Notes under the pieces: model-generated
Told to the model about the DNA's origin: nothing
The model's input: the letters and a program-made list of their open reading frames with translations, nothing else
Database searches by the model: none
Part shown: positions 1-13,471 of the stretch, in pieces
Layout of the letters: the number at the start of each line of letters is the position of its first letter
Numbering within the stretch: the stretch's first letter is position 1
Position numbers and translations under genes: made by a program
Source of the DNA: Lama guanicoe
Taxonomy: Eukaryota
Length of the DNA: 64,000 nucleotides
Assembly: GCA_013239625.1 (NCBI GenBank)
Contig: MU056737.1
Location: forward strand, 4,543,846 to 4,607,845
Reading direction: 5' to 3'

Positions 1-1151
1 CAAGGATCCGTTCCTCAGAGGTGGACGCAGAGTTCAGCCCTGCGTGGCGGGAGGCCTGGGGCTGTGCCCTGGGACATGCCCATGGCACAGGGAACGTAAG
101 CCAGAAATGCCCACGCGGAGGAGGGAGCATGCCCCCGCCGTGGCCCTTCTGAAGGGCTGTGATCGGCTGCTTGGGGCACGGAAAACTAGTGTCCATCGAG
201 GGGCCCGCTGTCGGCGCCACCCCCAGGTGCCAGTTTCCCAGCGCCCTCTGGGGGCCCTCCAACATGAGTCTCTGGGCAGCGTCGGGACAGAAGCCAGGCT
301 GCGTGAGGTCAGGTGTCTTGTGAGCCTAGAGGCGGAGCCTCAAGGAAAGGGGCTGAGGAGGGAACCTGAAGCCTGAGCGGCTGAACCGCGTGGACAGCGC
401 AGCCTCCACCTGCCAGGCAGCCCCTCTGCTCTGGGAGGCGTCGGGGCGGTGCCCACGGAGGGGCGTGAGCCGGCGGCCCGGCCCCGCCCCCGAGGACCTG
501 CGCCCTCAGACGCAGCCTGGCGACTGGGCGCCCTCTGTGCTTCGAGGGCGGCCCCCTGCCCCCTGCCCCACAGACCTCCAGTCTCAGGAGCACGGCTCCC
601 GCCGAGACGTCGTCGTCAAGAAGGAAGCCCTCACAGACCCTGCTGCTGGGACGTCTTCCTTCCAGCACCAGCACACCCAGGCCTCCCCACCCCAGCTGGT
701 TCTGAGGCCGAAGAAAGGAGGAGGAGAACCCGGCCAAGACAGGGCTGCTCCCGACACGTAACCTCCCCGCCCGCTCGTCCTGTCTGCCTGTCAGATCTAG
801 GAGAATCTTCCGTGGCTGACTGCTGCAGGCAGACCAGGTCACGCACATGTGACCAGGCCAGAACATTCACTATGGGGACTCTGCTCAGGGTTGGGGAGAA
901 ACTGTAAAGCAAAGCTTTGTTTGGACAGAACTTGTTTCCTGCGTGGTTTAAGGGCAGCACGGCAGTCCTTGTGGGCCCCAAACCCTCCCTCTGCGGATGT
1001 CTGGGAACTGGGTTCATTCTCCTGACACGAGAAACCTCAGGTGAGCCCACAAAGCACGTGCGGGGCAGTGTGCGGTCAGCACAGGGGACGTGGGCTCAAA
1101 CCCCAGTGTCCCCCTCTGTCCTGTGGGGCTGGGGGGCTCCGGGGGGGGGGG

Positions 1152-1215
1152 NNNNNNNNNNNNNNNNNNNNNNNNNNNNNNNNNNNNNNNNNNNNNNNNN
1201 NNNNNNNNNNNNNNN
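1152..1215. other. Assembly gap flanked by poly-G runs
   Basis: N run. Confidence 0.99.
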
Positions 1216-4200
1216 GGGGGCCCGGGGGGGGGGGGGGGGGGGGGGCAGGCCCGGGGCGCGTGCTCGGCAGTGGCCTGTGATGTGCTCAGCCTGGGGACTG
1301 TCCTTTTCTTCGCCTGCAGTGCCACCCAGGCGACCTGGCCCCCAGGAGGAGCCAGTCCGGAGCCAACCCTCCCCCGACCCGGCCCCGTTGGCTGGGCTGT
1401 GGTCTTGTCAGCAGCAATGCCCTAAAAAGCCAAACCATGAGAATCAGCATCACCAGATTTCCCTCCGACTCTACGAACCTGCGTCTTCGGATTTACCTGC
1501 TCTCCGGTTCCATCTGAGTGTCTCCGTGTCTCTATCTCGTTATTGTAACTCAGAATCAAAAACATTTTTTTGTTTCACATGGCACACCAAAAACAGCATC
1601 ATATGACTGTTCTTAATTTAAAAAGCATAAGAGAGGAATATTGCATAATTCTTTTAAAAAATGCAAAAAACTTAGAAACCATATTAAATTCTTTGAACTT
1701 CTGAGGTATCGCCAGACCCAGCACAGTGCCAGCCAACATCTCATACACGCTACTTGCCTTCGCCTTGGGAAGTAATTCGTTGGTAGCTAGAATCTCCAGG
1801 CTGTCAGGAATTGAAAAGTCACTCACCCGGACACTTTAAATTTCCCGCCAACCTGCCTCTGGGATGTCTTCCAGCCTGGCTGGACCTGCCCCAGTGCGGG
1901 GGGCAGAGAGACACTTCAGAGGGGCACCAGATGTGCACGGGGCGGAGGAGGCGGGAGGCGGTGGGAGGCGCGGGCCGTGGGGCTGCCCCGGGGTCCAGGC
2001 AGATGCCCGGGTGGATGTGGCGCGGAAGCCCGGCCACCACTCCCATCTCTGCGGGGAGGACTTGAGGAGAAGCAGGGCCAAGCGAGCTGGTTCCAAGGAG
2101 AAGAGCTGGAGGAAGGAAGACCGGGTCCGGTCGGGGTGGGGGCGAGCAGAGATGGCAGGTGCCGGTCAGACCCAGAAACGAGGGCGAGACTACGGCAAAA
2201 GGAGCAACTGTGGAGAGAGGACGGCTCCGGGGTTTCCATCCGAGACCCGAGGGTGGCTGAATGACGCCCCTGTCAGAGCAGGGGTGTGGGGGACGGCGCC
2301 GTCCATACTGTGGTGTGTCAGGCGCCCGCCCGCTCGGGAAGTCTTCTTCAGTGGCGGAGATGGGCCGTGTGGATGCCCACCATGGTCAACACCCTACGCT
2401 CTGTTACAGGCTGTTTCCGCGCGGTCAGGAGTGAACAGCCAGACGGAAGGAAGCAGGTTTTCGGGATGAGGAGGCCCTTCTCCCTGGTGGGTCTGGTGAG
2501 ACCAACAGGAGTTGACGCACTGCCACCCCCGAGAGCCCGCTCGGAAGGGACGCAGTGTGCAGTGTGACAATGCGACCTCCTTCTCAAAGTGAAGACGGAG
2601 GACGAAGGAGGGGTGTGCCTGCAGGAAGTGGACCCATGCGGCCGGATGCTCTGTCTCAGTGGGTGTGGGCCCCACCTTCCTCCTGGGCCTGGGGCTTCTC
2701 CCACACGACCGGACAGGCGAGAATCCGGGTCAGGCTCTGGGGTGGAAATGGTGATCGAATGTGGTGGCTTCTTCCTAACTCCTGGCACTAGAGCCCAACA
2801 AAGAAAGAGCTTCCTCTTTGGAGCCCTCACTCGGACCCAAGGATGGCAGCCACGAGGTTCTGGTCCAAGGGGAAGTGCCAGGGCTCCCAGGGCTGGAGCC
2901 TCGCCCCGAGGCTGCCTTCAGAGGTGGCGCTGCCTAATGGCTGAACACAAGATGTCCTGCGTCACTGAGGTCCTGGCCTGTGGACCTGCTGCTGACACGG
3001 CACAGATGGGGCCCGGTGGCCAGCCCGGCTGGAGGGCACGTGGACGGGGATGTGCCACGTTCTGGTTATCGCTGCAGAGGGGTACTCGGGGAAGAGCCTT
3101 TGAACCTGAATATTTACAGTTCGGTACCTGACAACCAAGGAAGCCCCCAGGCCCAGGGGACGCGCTCAGCACAGGCTATTTGCCCAAACCACCAATTACT
3201 CAGGGTGCAGCTGTCATCACCCACCCACGCCCCGTCTAGAACCTCTGAGGACAGAGGCCAGCTCGGCTCGCTGGATGCCCCCGTGTCCGTCCGCGGCCCT
3301 CGGCACACAGCAGGCACTTAGTAAAATCTTAGTCATCGGCTTCTCTTCTCAATGTGAAGCTTGGATGTTGCAACGGCTCCTACTTTTAGAGCTCTTCCGG
3401 GAAAACCCCTCAGACGTCACAGAGCTTTCCTGAACGCTGACCACACTGTTAGGGACACTCACACTCACGTGGGTCAAGGTTTTACAAGGGCCTGTAATGC
3501 CCAGGCTGGTGTCTACAGCAACACATCAGGGACTCTTTGGCCTTCCTGTCCTGTGAGCCCAGATGGAACTGCTGCCGCTTACCGTGAGGCAGGCAGGGCA
3601 CCTGCTGCTGCCTCCCACAGGCCAGGAGTACGGCGGGACTGCGCCGTTGGCTGGCACCTGGCTGGCTCCCGCACTGGCCCCGCAGGACCGGGCTGGGCCC
3701 GTGACCCCGGGAGCACAGCCCCCACGGTGGGTGCTGGTGCTCCCCGTGAGGCCCAGGTGGCTTTGCTGTGCCCTCGAGAACATCAGCCCGCAAAGTGCGT
3801 TCTCTCTTGTTCCCTTACGTTACTAAGAAAGACAGTAACCACCCCCACCCCCACTTACCACCCGTGAAGTCGGCATCTATGTGACACTTTGGTCAGAAGC
3901 CCTCAGCTCCCCTCCCGCTCCCGGGGAGGGGTACGCATTCATCACAGCCGGCCTGGCCTGGAACCCGCTGGAACACAGGAGGCCGGTGCATCACTAGCTG
4001 GGTGACAGGGGAACCGGAACAGCAGGTCGGCGGGGCGCAGACTCAGCCCGTCTGCCCCTCCGCGGGCCTTTGCTTCTGCGGGTCACTCGTCACCTCAGAC
4101 ACACCACACTGTACGTAAGACCCCAGGTGGCTGGTGTCTTTCTGTGTCTCTGCTTTCTGGTGACGATTCATGGCCCGACAGCAGGTCCCTGGCATCGCTT

Positions 4201-4663
4201 GCGGGGACACCGGATGGCTGAACGTGGCGGGGGCACCTGCTCACCCAGAGCCTAGAGCATGCGGAGGCCGGCGGCATGGCCTCGTCTGACCCTCGCAGCT
4301 TTGAGATTTACGGACGACAGCGAGACCCCGAGTGCAGAGGAGAAGGAGGCTCCCAGGGCACAGACCCCAGCCGCAAGTCACAGAGCAACAGCCAACGCAG
4401 GGCCGTCTGCCCGCCCCGCCGCACAGCTTGGGGGGCAGCCCGCCGGGCCAAAATGGAGACGCGGGTTCTGTGGTTTGAGGCTGCAGGTCCCCCAGGGTGA
4501 TGTCTTCCTGCTCTTTAAAGTGAGGGCACAGTCGGCCGGCAGGGAGAGCAGACCAGCAGCAGGAGGGGAGGGCAGTCCTGCCGCGTGAGGGCTGGCAGGC
4601 GCGGCCCGTGCCCGCCGTGGCGGGCCGCCCTCCCGCGCCCAGGGGCCCGCGGGCGGTACGTAC

Positions 4664-4811
4664 AGGTCAGCACAGCCGGGCAGCGGTTCTTGGGCACGTT
4701 CTCCTCCCTCTGGGCCACGAGCGAGCAGCTGGGCTCTGCCTGGTAGGCGCACAGGGCCTCCCACTCCCGCTGCAGCCGGTTCTTGTCCTCCAGGTGGTCC
4801 TCCATGTAGGC
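4664..4811 (-). CDS. PTPRN2: PTPRN2 internal coding exon (probably exon 15), N-terminal part of the PTP-like domain; 148 nt, phase 0-1
   Basis: Acceptor ctctgcacttgcattccag|GCC and donor ACC T|gtacgt. Translates [49 protein letters not shown], followed by the split Tyr codon of YDH. Confidence 0.97.
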
Positions 4812-7800
4812 CTGGAATGCAAGTGCAGAGTCAGGGGCGCCCCAGGGCTGGGGGCAGGATCCCGGACGCTGGGCGGCCAACACAGGGGGCCCACACTTCA
4901 CCTGCACGGACGAGGTGGGAGCTGGCTGGCACTGGGCCCAGTAAGGAGGGCATGGACTAGCCAGACGCAGCCGGAGCAGCCAAGGCTCCAGCCAGTTCAT
5001 TGGTTCAGAGATGTTCGTGGCATGGGAACCACGGTGCTGAGCGGGGCCCTGGGAACACTCAGCCATTGTGAAAACAGGCCTCACTCACCGCAGACCAGAT
5101 TGGATTGACCACCAAGAGCTGGGACAGGAAGTGCGTCCAGCCAGGACCCAGTGAGTTAGCAGGACGGGAGCAGCCAGGGAGGTACGGCGCCACGTGCTGA
5201 AGGGTGAGGGAGGGGCAGGCAGGCACACAGGTGTGTCAGGCAGGGCCTGGGGACAGCCAGTGCCAAGGGCACCGGGGCTCTCAAGTCTGTCCGGGGCGTC
5301 CAGGCTCTGAGGGATGGGCTGAGGGAGGTTAGGGAGCAGGTCTGCGTCCACCTCTGCGTGGGACATACAGGAGAGCCCTCGTCTCTACGTCAGAGACAGA
5401 ATAAACACAGAAATATGAAACAGCCGGAGCAATGCCACGGAGGAAGGAAACTGAGACTGTGGCCGGCCTGAAAGCACAGGGCCAAACCAAAAGGTGTTCG
5501 TGGCCGCAGGCTGGGAAAGCACCTTGGGAAACAGCGTTCTGCGTTGCAAGCCTCATTTTCTCATCCTCCCTCTCAGACAGCCACTAGCCTCCGACAGACA
5601 GGGCGCCGCAATCACTAGAAATCGGTCACGCATTACGGGGCAGGGGAGCTCAGACCCGCCCCTCCACAGGCGGCCCCGCTCCGTTTCTGTTTACACGGAA
5701 GTCACCTTTCTTTCAATTGCCCACTTTTCTCAATCCTCTGGGGCGATGCAGTCCAGACACAGGCTGGCTCTGAGGTGCTGCAAAGCGTTGGCAAACAGAA
5801 CAGCACAGCAGATACCTGACCCTCGGCCACTCTGACCCTAACTTTCAGGGCACTGTCTGTTGGCAGTGACACTCGGAGAGGCGCACAGGGAGCCAAGGCC
5901 TCCAGACGTTCTTCCCACAGAGACTCCCGAGCCAGCCGCAGTGGTCTGTCCACTCGGGAAGTGACTGTGATTTTAAGGAAAACCAGAACCAGACTGGGTG
6001 GCTCTACTGCGCTCAGAGGCACAGCAGTCTCATCCTGTGGTGTCGTGTCCACAAAGTAGAACACACACACGCACACGTGCGTGCACACGTGCACACCGGG
6101 CTCCAGGCCTCTGGAGCTCAGGCACCCAGTGTTCACACCCTTCCACATCTGCCCCGACCCCTCTGTCACCCAGCTCAGGTCACCCGGGGGCCAGGGCTCC
6201 TGCGTTCCCCACCCCCACCCCCGCTCTGGGCCGTCCGCTCACCCGCACCCACCCCAGTGGACACAGAGGCACAGAAAGAAACTCAAGCCAGACAGTCGGG
6301 CTGGTGTCCCACACGTCTCAGTGAAGTTTTGACCACAGCTGACTTGAACTGTTTTCTATTATTCACTCAATTAACACCAACTCTATTCATGTTGGTCTGA
6401 CTGGTTTGTCTATTGGCATGTGTGAGCAGAGCCAGGGCATGGGAGCGGGGGAGGAGCCGCCCTCGGGGAGGCCTGGCCCAGCCGCTGAGGCCCTGCTCCC
6501 ACAGGTGTGGCTCCGGGAGGCCAGCAGTGGGGCCCCTGCTCCAGTCACTCCGGGAACCAGCAGATGGCTTTTCGCCCAGATGACCGAGACCTGTGACTGT
6601 GCACACCTCCTCCGGGCCACACCATGAACCTCAGGAGCTCACCTCCGCTGGGAACAGAAACATAGCAGCTGCTCCAAGGCCCACCCTCCCTGCCAGCTCC
6701 TGACCCCGCCACCTCTGCCCACACAGCCCTCGGGTTTCTTCGGGTCGGAAAGACGCAAATTTAAGTGGCACAATCTAGAAAATGTGAACTACAGTCTGCT
6801 TTCTTTGGGACAATCATTATGGAATATCTGATGCATGTTTTTTGGGCCAAAGTTACCCTAATAAGGGAGACACTTTTGCCTGGTGTGACACCTAAGTTTG
6901 TGCAAACTGACTAGCTTATCTGCAGCCTGAAGTGCGGTGCGTGAGGGTCCCCGGGAAGGAGAGGGCGCTCTGGATGAAGTGCTTCTGCAGTGACTTTTCT
7001 CAAGAGTGGTTAACACACAGTTTTACAAATGGATATAAAATGGTTCCTGGCCAAATGATTTTAGATCCTCACTTTTCTTTGGAAAATGTTCTGTTCACAA
7101 AATCCATCATGAACGAATGAGCTTCTTTCAATAGAACATGAGGGATTCTAAAATGACGAACCTTGGCGGGTTTAATCTAATCTCATGTTGTCTGCAGGAG
7201 GGGCATTAGATGTCACCTTAATTCCTGTAAACGGCAGCTGCTTAAACGCTCACTTTATCTCAGCTCTGGAAGGTGAGATCATGCGCAAGCTCACTGGTGT
7301 TCCTGAACGGACGGCAAGAAATAGAAGCGGGGGCTCCGGCAAGCAAGCGGCAGTGTCGGGGGCGGAGACTCTGTTTTCCATTGAGAATTCGGTCACTAAA
7401 GACACTCTTGGCTGTATTGACACTGAGATAAAATTCCCACCCTCTCAGCCGTGTTGCTCCAGCAGCCTGCCTCTGCCCGGCTCTGGCCGTCTCGATTCGA
7501 TCTGTTCTGTGTTTTCCTGTTAATATTTTCGTTCTGGGCGTCACACGAGTGTTGTTCCCACTCGCGTCTTAGGAGCCTTTGCTCTTCACGTTTGTGGATC
7601 AGATGCTTTTCTTCTGAGACACGAGAGTGTGTTTCACGTCGTCTGAGGGGAAGCGAGGCCTTGGTCGCGAAAGAAGGTGTTTTAAACAAAACGAAAACTG
7701 CCACAGCAACAACGCTAGGCGGCCCCTTCTCTTCAAGGGTGTGGGAACAGGTGCGGCGATCCTGCCCAGACACCACCAGTCCTGGAATAATCAGGGATGT

Positions 7801-8469
7801 TAACGGGGAATTTAAACACCACGCACATTCCTCCCCCAGACCATAGGTGTTCAAAAAGCTGACGTCTAAAACCCTTTGTGTGTGTACGGGGGGTGGGTGT
7901 GGGGGGGCCGCAGGAGGGCTTAATTAAAAAAAAACTAACTTTTTCTTCCATAACTAGCGCACACAGGAAAGAATAGGAGATGAACGTGTGCAGGATGAAA
8001 ACAAAGGCCGCTGATAACTCCCCAGACGAGCTAACCGTAAGGCCGCGGTGAAGCCCCCTCTCCCGGCACATACGTGGGCTGCTTCCTTTTTTGTTTTTCT
8101 GCTCTGAAAATGGCTGCTTAAGCTTTGGATGACTCAGCATGGTAGCATTTTCTTATTTAAGTTGAAAAGCTGCTGACATGAGGCTTGCATCCTACCCACA
8201 GGGAAACCAAGGCCTACGGAAGTTAAGCAACGAGCCCCAAGCACCCGCAGCCAGGGCGCCCGTGGCTCGGATCCAGTGTGCACAGTGCGCCGGTGTCATC
8301 CTGCCCCCGCACGGCCCCTCTCCCTGCACGGCCCCTTCAGCTCCTCACAGGGCACCCAGGCCTGCATCTCTGGTTACAATACTGCCAGCTTCAAAAGACA
8401 CCAGCGGTGTCCAGAGCAGCGCTGTCCTTTGTCCAAGCTTCATTTCACTAACCTACCACTCTGTCCCAG

Positions 8470-8795
8470 GGAGACTCCTGTTGCAGCCCTTCCCCCGTCA
8501 CCGTCGCTCCCTATGCCTCGTTCACGCTGATCCTCCCGTGATGACTCTGCCCAGACCTCGAGGTCAGTGCAAACACCACCTCCTCCCTCACACCTGCCAC
8601 CATCTCTATGACCCTCCCTCCCTGTACCACCCCTCCCAGCACCATTATGGAAACGACCCCTCTGTGACACTGACCCCACTCTGCTTCGCGCTACAGCTGT
8701 GAATGTCAGGACCTTCCTCTTCTAGTGAGATGACCTGCCCCAGGGTGGGCCCGTGTCTCATCCACTTCGCACACAGTCAGGATTTGTTGAATGAT
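8470..8795 (+). mobile_element. Degenerate LINE-2 3' fragment
   Basis: Pyrimidine-rich L2-like sequence ending in atttgttgaatga. Confidence 0.4.
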
Positions 8796-11700
8796 TGCTC
8801 GTAACCTGGAAAATTCTACAAGTAGTCTGCAGTACAGGCAAAAATTGTGTGTTGATGACTGGCATTCTAGAAGCTCTGCCTTCAAGTTTTCTGAGGCTTG
8901 GAAGAATTGCTCAAGAAAAGCACTGTGAGGGCCTTGGAGCGTGTCATTAAGAATTTCCTGCTGCCTCTCCCTTTCTGAGCTGTCCAAGGAACACCTTTAC
9001 AATGCGCGTCAAGTAGGGGCCACGTCCTGATGTTCCCGTGACAACCCCAACGGCACAGCAACAGTTCAGAAAGCTCTTCTCCCAGACTCCCCTGCTCATT
9101 AGCCTTCAAGTCCAGGTCTGGTGCTGTCTCCCTGAGATCTCCCAGGCCTTCTGTGGACTCCCGTGCCCCCAGTACGCACCTCTCATCTGGGACACAGTAT
9201 GTGCTGTCACTAGTGAAACGGGCAGGGTGTTTCTAGGACCTGCCTTCCCCATGGGTTCTGAGCTCCTGGGGGTTAGGGACCGTCTTACTCACCTGTGCTG
9301 CCCTGCACAGAAGGGAGCCCTGAGACACGCAGAGCAGAGCCCTGGTTACATGCACTGGACAGGAGTCAACACGTGAAGGGGCCACCACGTGCACCCTGGG
9401 AACCTCAGCCCCAGGAAGAGCTGGGGCTCAGTGTTGGCTGATTCAATGTGAAGAACTCAGATCAATTACAACAGTGACCCTGGTTCTTTAGGAACATTTG
9501 GAAGCATGTCTTTAATCTCGCAGTTTTTCATTACACTCAGCAGTATTAGGGGAGACCGAGGCAGGGGTTCTGAAGAGTCCTGGCTGGGAGGATGCAGCCC
9601 TGGTTTCTGCACCCCTGGAATCCGTCAGGGGAACCTGACTGGGGCTGGTTCCTGAGTGGGAAGGTGTCTAGAACATTCCTGAGCTATGAGCCTTTCCAAG
9701 GCCTAGGTTTGACGCACTCACATAAAAGATAACCCCCAGCTCAAACATATACGGAAAAACGTCCCGAGGTTTCAGAATGTGGGTTTTCCAAGTTTGGAGC
9801 CAACGCACACTGGCTGCCACTGACCCCATGGCCTCCGACCACACAGGGCGTCTACAACAGGGCCGATGGCGGACCCGCACTTCTGAGTGTCTGGCCCCTT
9901 GAGCACAGCATCAGCTTTCTTACTGCATGAGAGACTAACTCAACCTAAGGCTTTCCTCCTTAATCTTATTTCCGACCTTGCACTTCCAGCTCCCCACCTC
10001 ACACTCCTTTCCTAGCCTACGTGATGGGATGGTTTTTAGGTCACAAGACCCAAGTACCACCAGATGACTTTTCAGGAAATGCTCTCCATGTGTCAGACAA
10101 ACCAACTGGCTTCCACATTGAACAGAATCATTTTACACAGAATCCCAAACCTTTGGGACAGAAGTGTTGTCGTGGTTAGCAGGCAGAGACGTGCGTCCAC
10201 AATGGGTTAACGTAGCCCAAATGTTTCCTGCACTGTTTTCTGATCAAACTGTCAACACCTTCAGGTCAAGAGAGTGAGTCCCAGGAACACAGTGCACCTG
10301 GAGTGCTCCGGAGTGCAGCAGGGTTTGCTAACGGTCACAGGAGCCGTCTGCACCTTCAGGAGGCGATTGTACCCGTCACTCACGGCGCCTTCATGAGTGC
10401 CGAGGGGAGCTTTCGGCCGGGAGGCGACTCTAATAAAATGGACAAGGCGTTGGGCTTAATTTTGAAAGCATTCTTAACAACGTAATAGGCACAAAGTTTG
10501 GTCCCCACTCAGCGGCTTTTGGGCCGTGCACTCCTGGGCAGACCACCAAGTCTCGCTGACCCTTGAGTCACTGCGGCCCAGAAACAGGACTCACTTCCAA
10601 GGTGGGGCTGAGGGTCGGCTGACTTAATATATGAAACAGACCTCGCGAGCTGTGAGGTACATGCAGATGGAGGCGACGGTCTTTCTCATTAAAGAAACAG
10701 GGAATCAGAGAACCTCTCGACACCTCTTCCATGTTCTGTGACTGTGCGGTTCTGGAGACACTGACCGAGACCTAATGAAACACGATGCTGGGAGTGCCCG
10801 CCACCAACAGCGGCTTGCGCGCAGGGCTCGAGGGGCGACCGCGGGTGTGCGCTGCTGCACGTGCGGCCAGCGCCACTGCTGGTAGCCAGGAGGTACGGCG
10901 ACACTGCCGAGCGCAGGGTCCCAGCGCAGCTTCCCAGTCACAGGCAGCGGTCCCTCTGACAGCTCAGTCCCCTCACCGCGTGGGAAAGCCTGGCGGGTGA
11001 CGTAAGGGTCATGCCCACGCTGCCAGCCGCCGCGCCCCGAGATCAGGGAGGGTCTGGAGCTCGTGCCCACGCCCTCTGGGGGCTTCCTCATCCCTCTTTT
11101 AAGACGGGGTCTTTCACGACCAGTCTTGTGACAAAGGGCTGCTGGAAATGCCCGTTTCTGAGACCACATGCAGTGACACTGCTCATCACTGAGGCTGGTT
11201 TCTGGTGTCGGGGGAGCACGGATGCCCCCGGTGCTGACTTAGCACCTCAGAGCCTGTCGCCGTCTGGATTGTTTCACAGGCACCGTTATACCAGCTTCAA
11301 TATCAAGGATCCGTTTCCAGAGTCACCAGGAAAGAATCCCACTCGCTAAAAATCTTCTACTTCCCCGCCGGCCACCGGCGGCCTCTGTGGTCTCCGCGGT
11401 GTTGGACCGTGATTACCCCAAGGAGAGCCGAGGGCCCCGGGGGCCCCCCGGCCACCCTCCCTGCGGCAGGTGGCGGCGCTGGCCGCCTCTGAATGCTGGG
11501 GTGAGGGGTCCAGGCGCCTGGGAAAGTCCGTTTGGCTCCAGTGACAGATCCTGGCTGCCAGCGTGCTCACCCAGGCCTGCGTGGAGAGGCCGCGAGAGCC
11601 CGGGCGGACGACACAGGCTTCGCTCAGCTAAAAGCCACAGAAATGGTGTTATCTGGCATCTCTCGTCGCTGGCAGTGACGGTCTGGGACGCTGGGAGGGG

Positions 11701-13133
11701 CAAGACGATGCACTGTCACTAAAGAGAGAAATGAAAACACGCCCTCAGCACCAAGCCCGGCGGCGCGGAGCCGTCGCGCAAGCCCGCAGACGGGGGCGCA
11801 GTTGGCGGGATGTCACGCTGCTCACAACATCCAGAATCCACTGCTGTCAGTGCGGCAGGGCCCCCGCCCCGGGCCTCTGGGGGCTTCTGCGCAGACATGA
11901 AGCCAGCGGAGACCGTCCCGGGGCGTTCCCTTCACAGCGGTGCTGCCGGGAGCAAGCCTCTGCTGCTGCGCTGAGGGAAGTTCGGTCTGGGGAAGACCTT
12001 CATCAGTGTCAGGAGATCTCTGCCTCGGCTCTGTTCTCTGCACGGGCGCCCATTCCAACAACCAGACCTTTTCAGGCAGTGGGAATGCAGCCCACTCACA
12101 CACTCTTCCCTCACGGGAGCACCGGAGGTCTGTGTGTTAGAATCAGACGGAGCTGGGGCAGTGCTCCTCAGAGCAGGGAGTGAGCTGTCTCTGCTGCCAT
12201 TTGGGGGATGACGACCTTTCCCTTTAGAAAGACGCTGTCACCTGCCTTCAGTAATACACGACAGGGAAATGTTTATGTTAAATGTCTTTGAATTCCCAAA
12301 GTGAGCCGTGTAAATTCCAAGCAAAAAAAATGAAAGATGAAAGGAGAAATCAGCAGGGGCACTTGCTTTGGCTGAGCACAGATGGACACACAGACACAGG
12401 GAACAGCAAACTGCTTGCTTACAGAAGGTATTTCTGTTGCCCACAGATTGCTGCGTCTGGCATATTTTACACGTTATTTATTAGTGGCGTGCATGAGGCA
12501 GGCTAAGACGTTTGCAATGAGAAATTCAGAGTGGTCCGCTCAAACTCCAGGACGGACAGACACGGGTAAATGATCAGAGGGCAGTTTTGCTGTTTCTTAG
12601 CTTAGGGAAGAGTTGCTTGACTCGGGAACCACAGGCCACACAACCGTACTCAGACTGCCACCTGACTGCAGTGAAGACTCACGAGAGGAGCGCAGCGTAC
12701 AGGGAGCCGCCCCCGGGCCGGTGGGTCCTGCACCTGCCCCGCCCCCGGGCTGCAGCCTTGCTGGATCGGCCAGGAACTTCAAACGCAGAGCAGCGACACA
12801 CAAGCCGTATTTAAAAAGGGAAAAGACGCAGACCCAGAACCGGCCAGCCCGGAGCCCGGCGTCCACAGAGCCGGGCTGGCTTGGGAGACGTAAGCTCAGT
12901 CTGGAATCCAGCCTCGGGCTCTGTGTGCACAGCCTGCAGGAGGCGAGCAGGACCAAAGGAGTTAATTAGAATAAATGCAAGGCCATGCATGTGGTCCTTT
13001 TCCTGTTATTACATCCTAAATATTGCCTCCGTGGACGTTCGTTTTTGAGGAGGAAGCATTCCCGCACGGGCCTGCAGTAAGCAATTAGCTTCCTTTGTCC
13101 TGGCGAAGCGGAAAGCGGTTAAAAACAGATGAA

Positions 13134-13183
13134 ATTATATTCAATCCCTTGTAATGGCCTTTGGTGAAAAAGAATATGGAAAG

Positions 13184-13243
<60 letters not shown>

Positions 13244-13311
13244 CTGAATGACTATGTTATACACCAGAAATTAACACAACTTTGTGAATCAACTTCAATT
13301 AAAAAAAAAAA
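13134..13311 (+). mobile_element. LINE-1 3' UTR fragment with poly-A tail
   Basis: tatattcaatcccttgtaat...gaaaaagaatat...ctgaatgactatgttatacaccagaaattaacacaactttgtgaatcaacttcaatt(a)n resembles laurasiatherian L1 3' ends. Confidence 0.8.
13187..13240 (+). repeat. (TG)27 microsatellite embedded in an L1 3' end
   Basis: Read directly from the sequence. Confidence 0.97.
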
Positions 13312-13318
13312 CTAAGTT

Positions 13319-13471
13319 GGGGAGGGTAGTGCTCAGGGCTAGAGCGTGTGCTTAGCAGGCACGAGGTCCTGGGTTCAATCCCTAGTACCTCCGTTAAAAC
13401 GAACAGACAAACCTAATTACCCCCCCAAAACAAACCAAACAACAACAACATTTTTAAAAAGTAAAAAAAAA
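13319..13471 (+). mobile_element. tRNA-derived SINE (camelid Vic-1-like)
   Basis: ggggagggtagtgctcagggctagagc (A box), ggttcaatccc (B box), then agtacctcc, an aaacctaattaccccccc tail and an A-rich end. Confidence 0.8.

Noticed and set aside
1-4663. Next PTPRN2 exon (YDHSR...DYINASPI) and the intronic miR-153 hairpin
   Set aside because: Neither the peptide nor the miR-153 mature sequence was seen; both should lie further downstream, outside the window.
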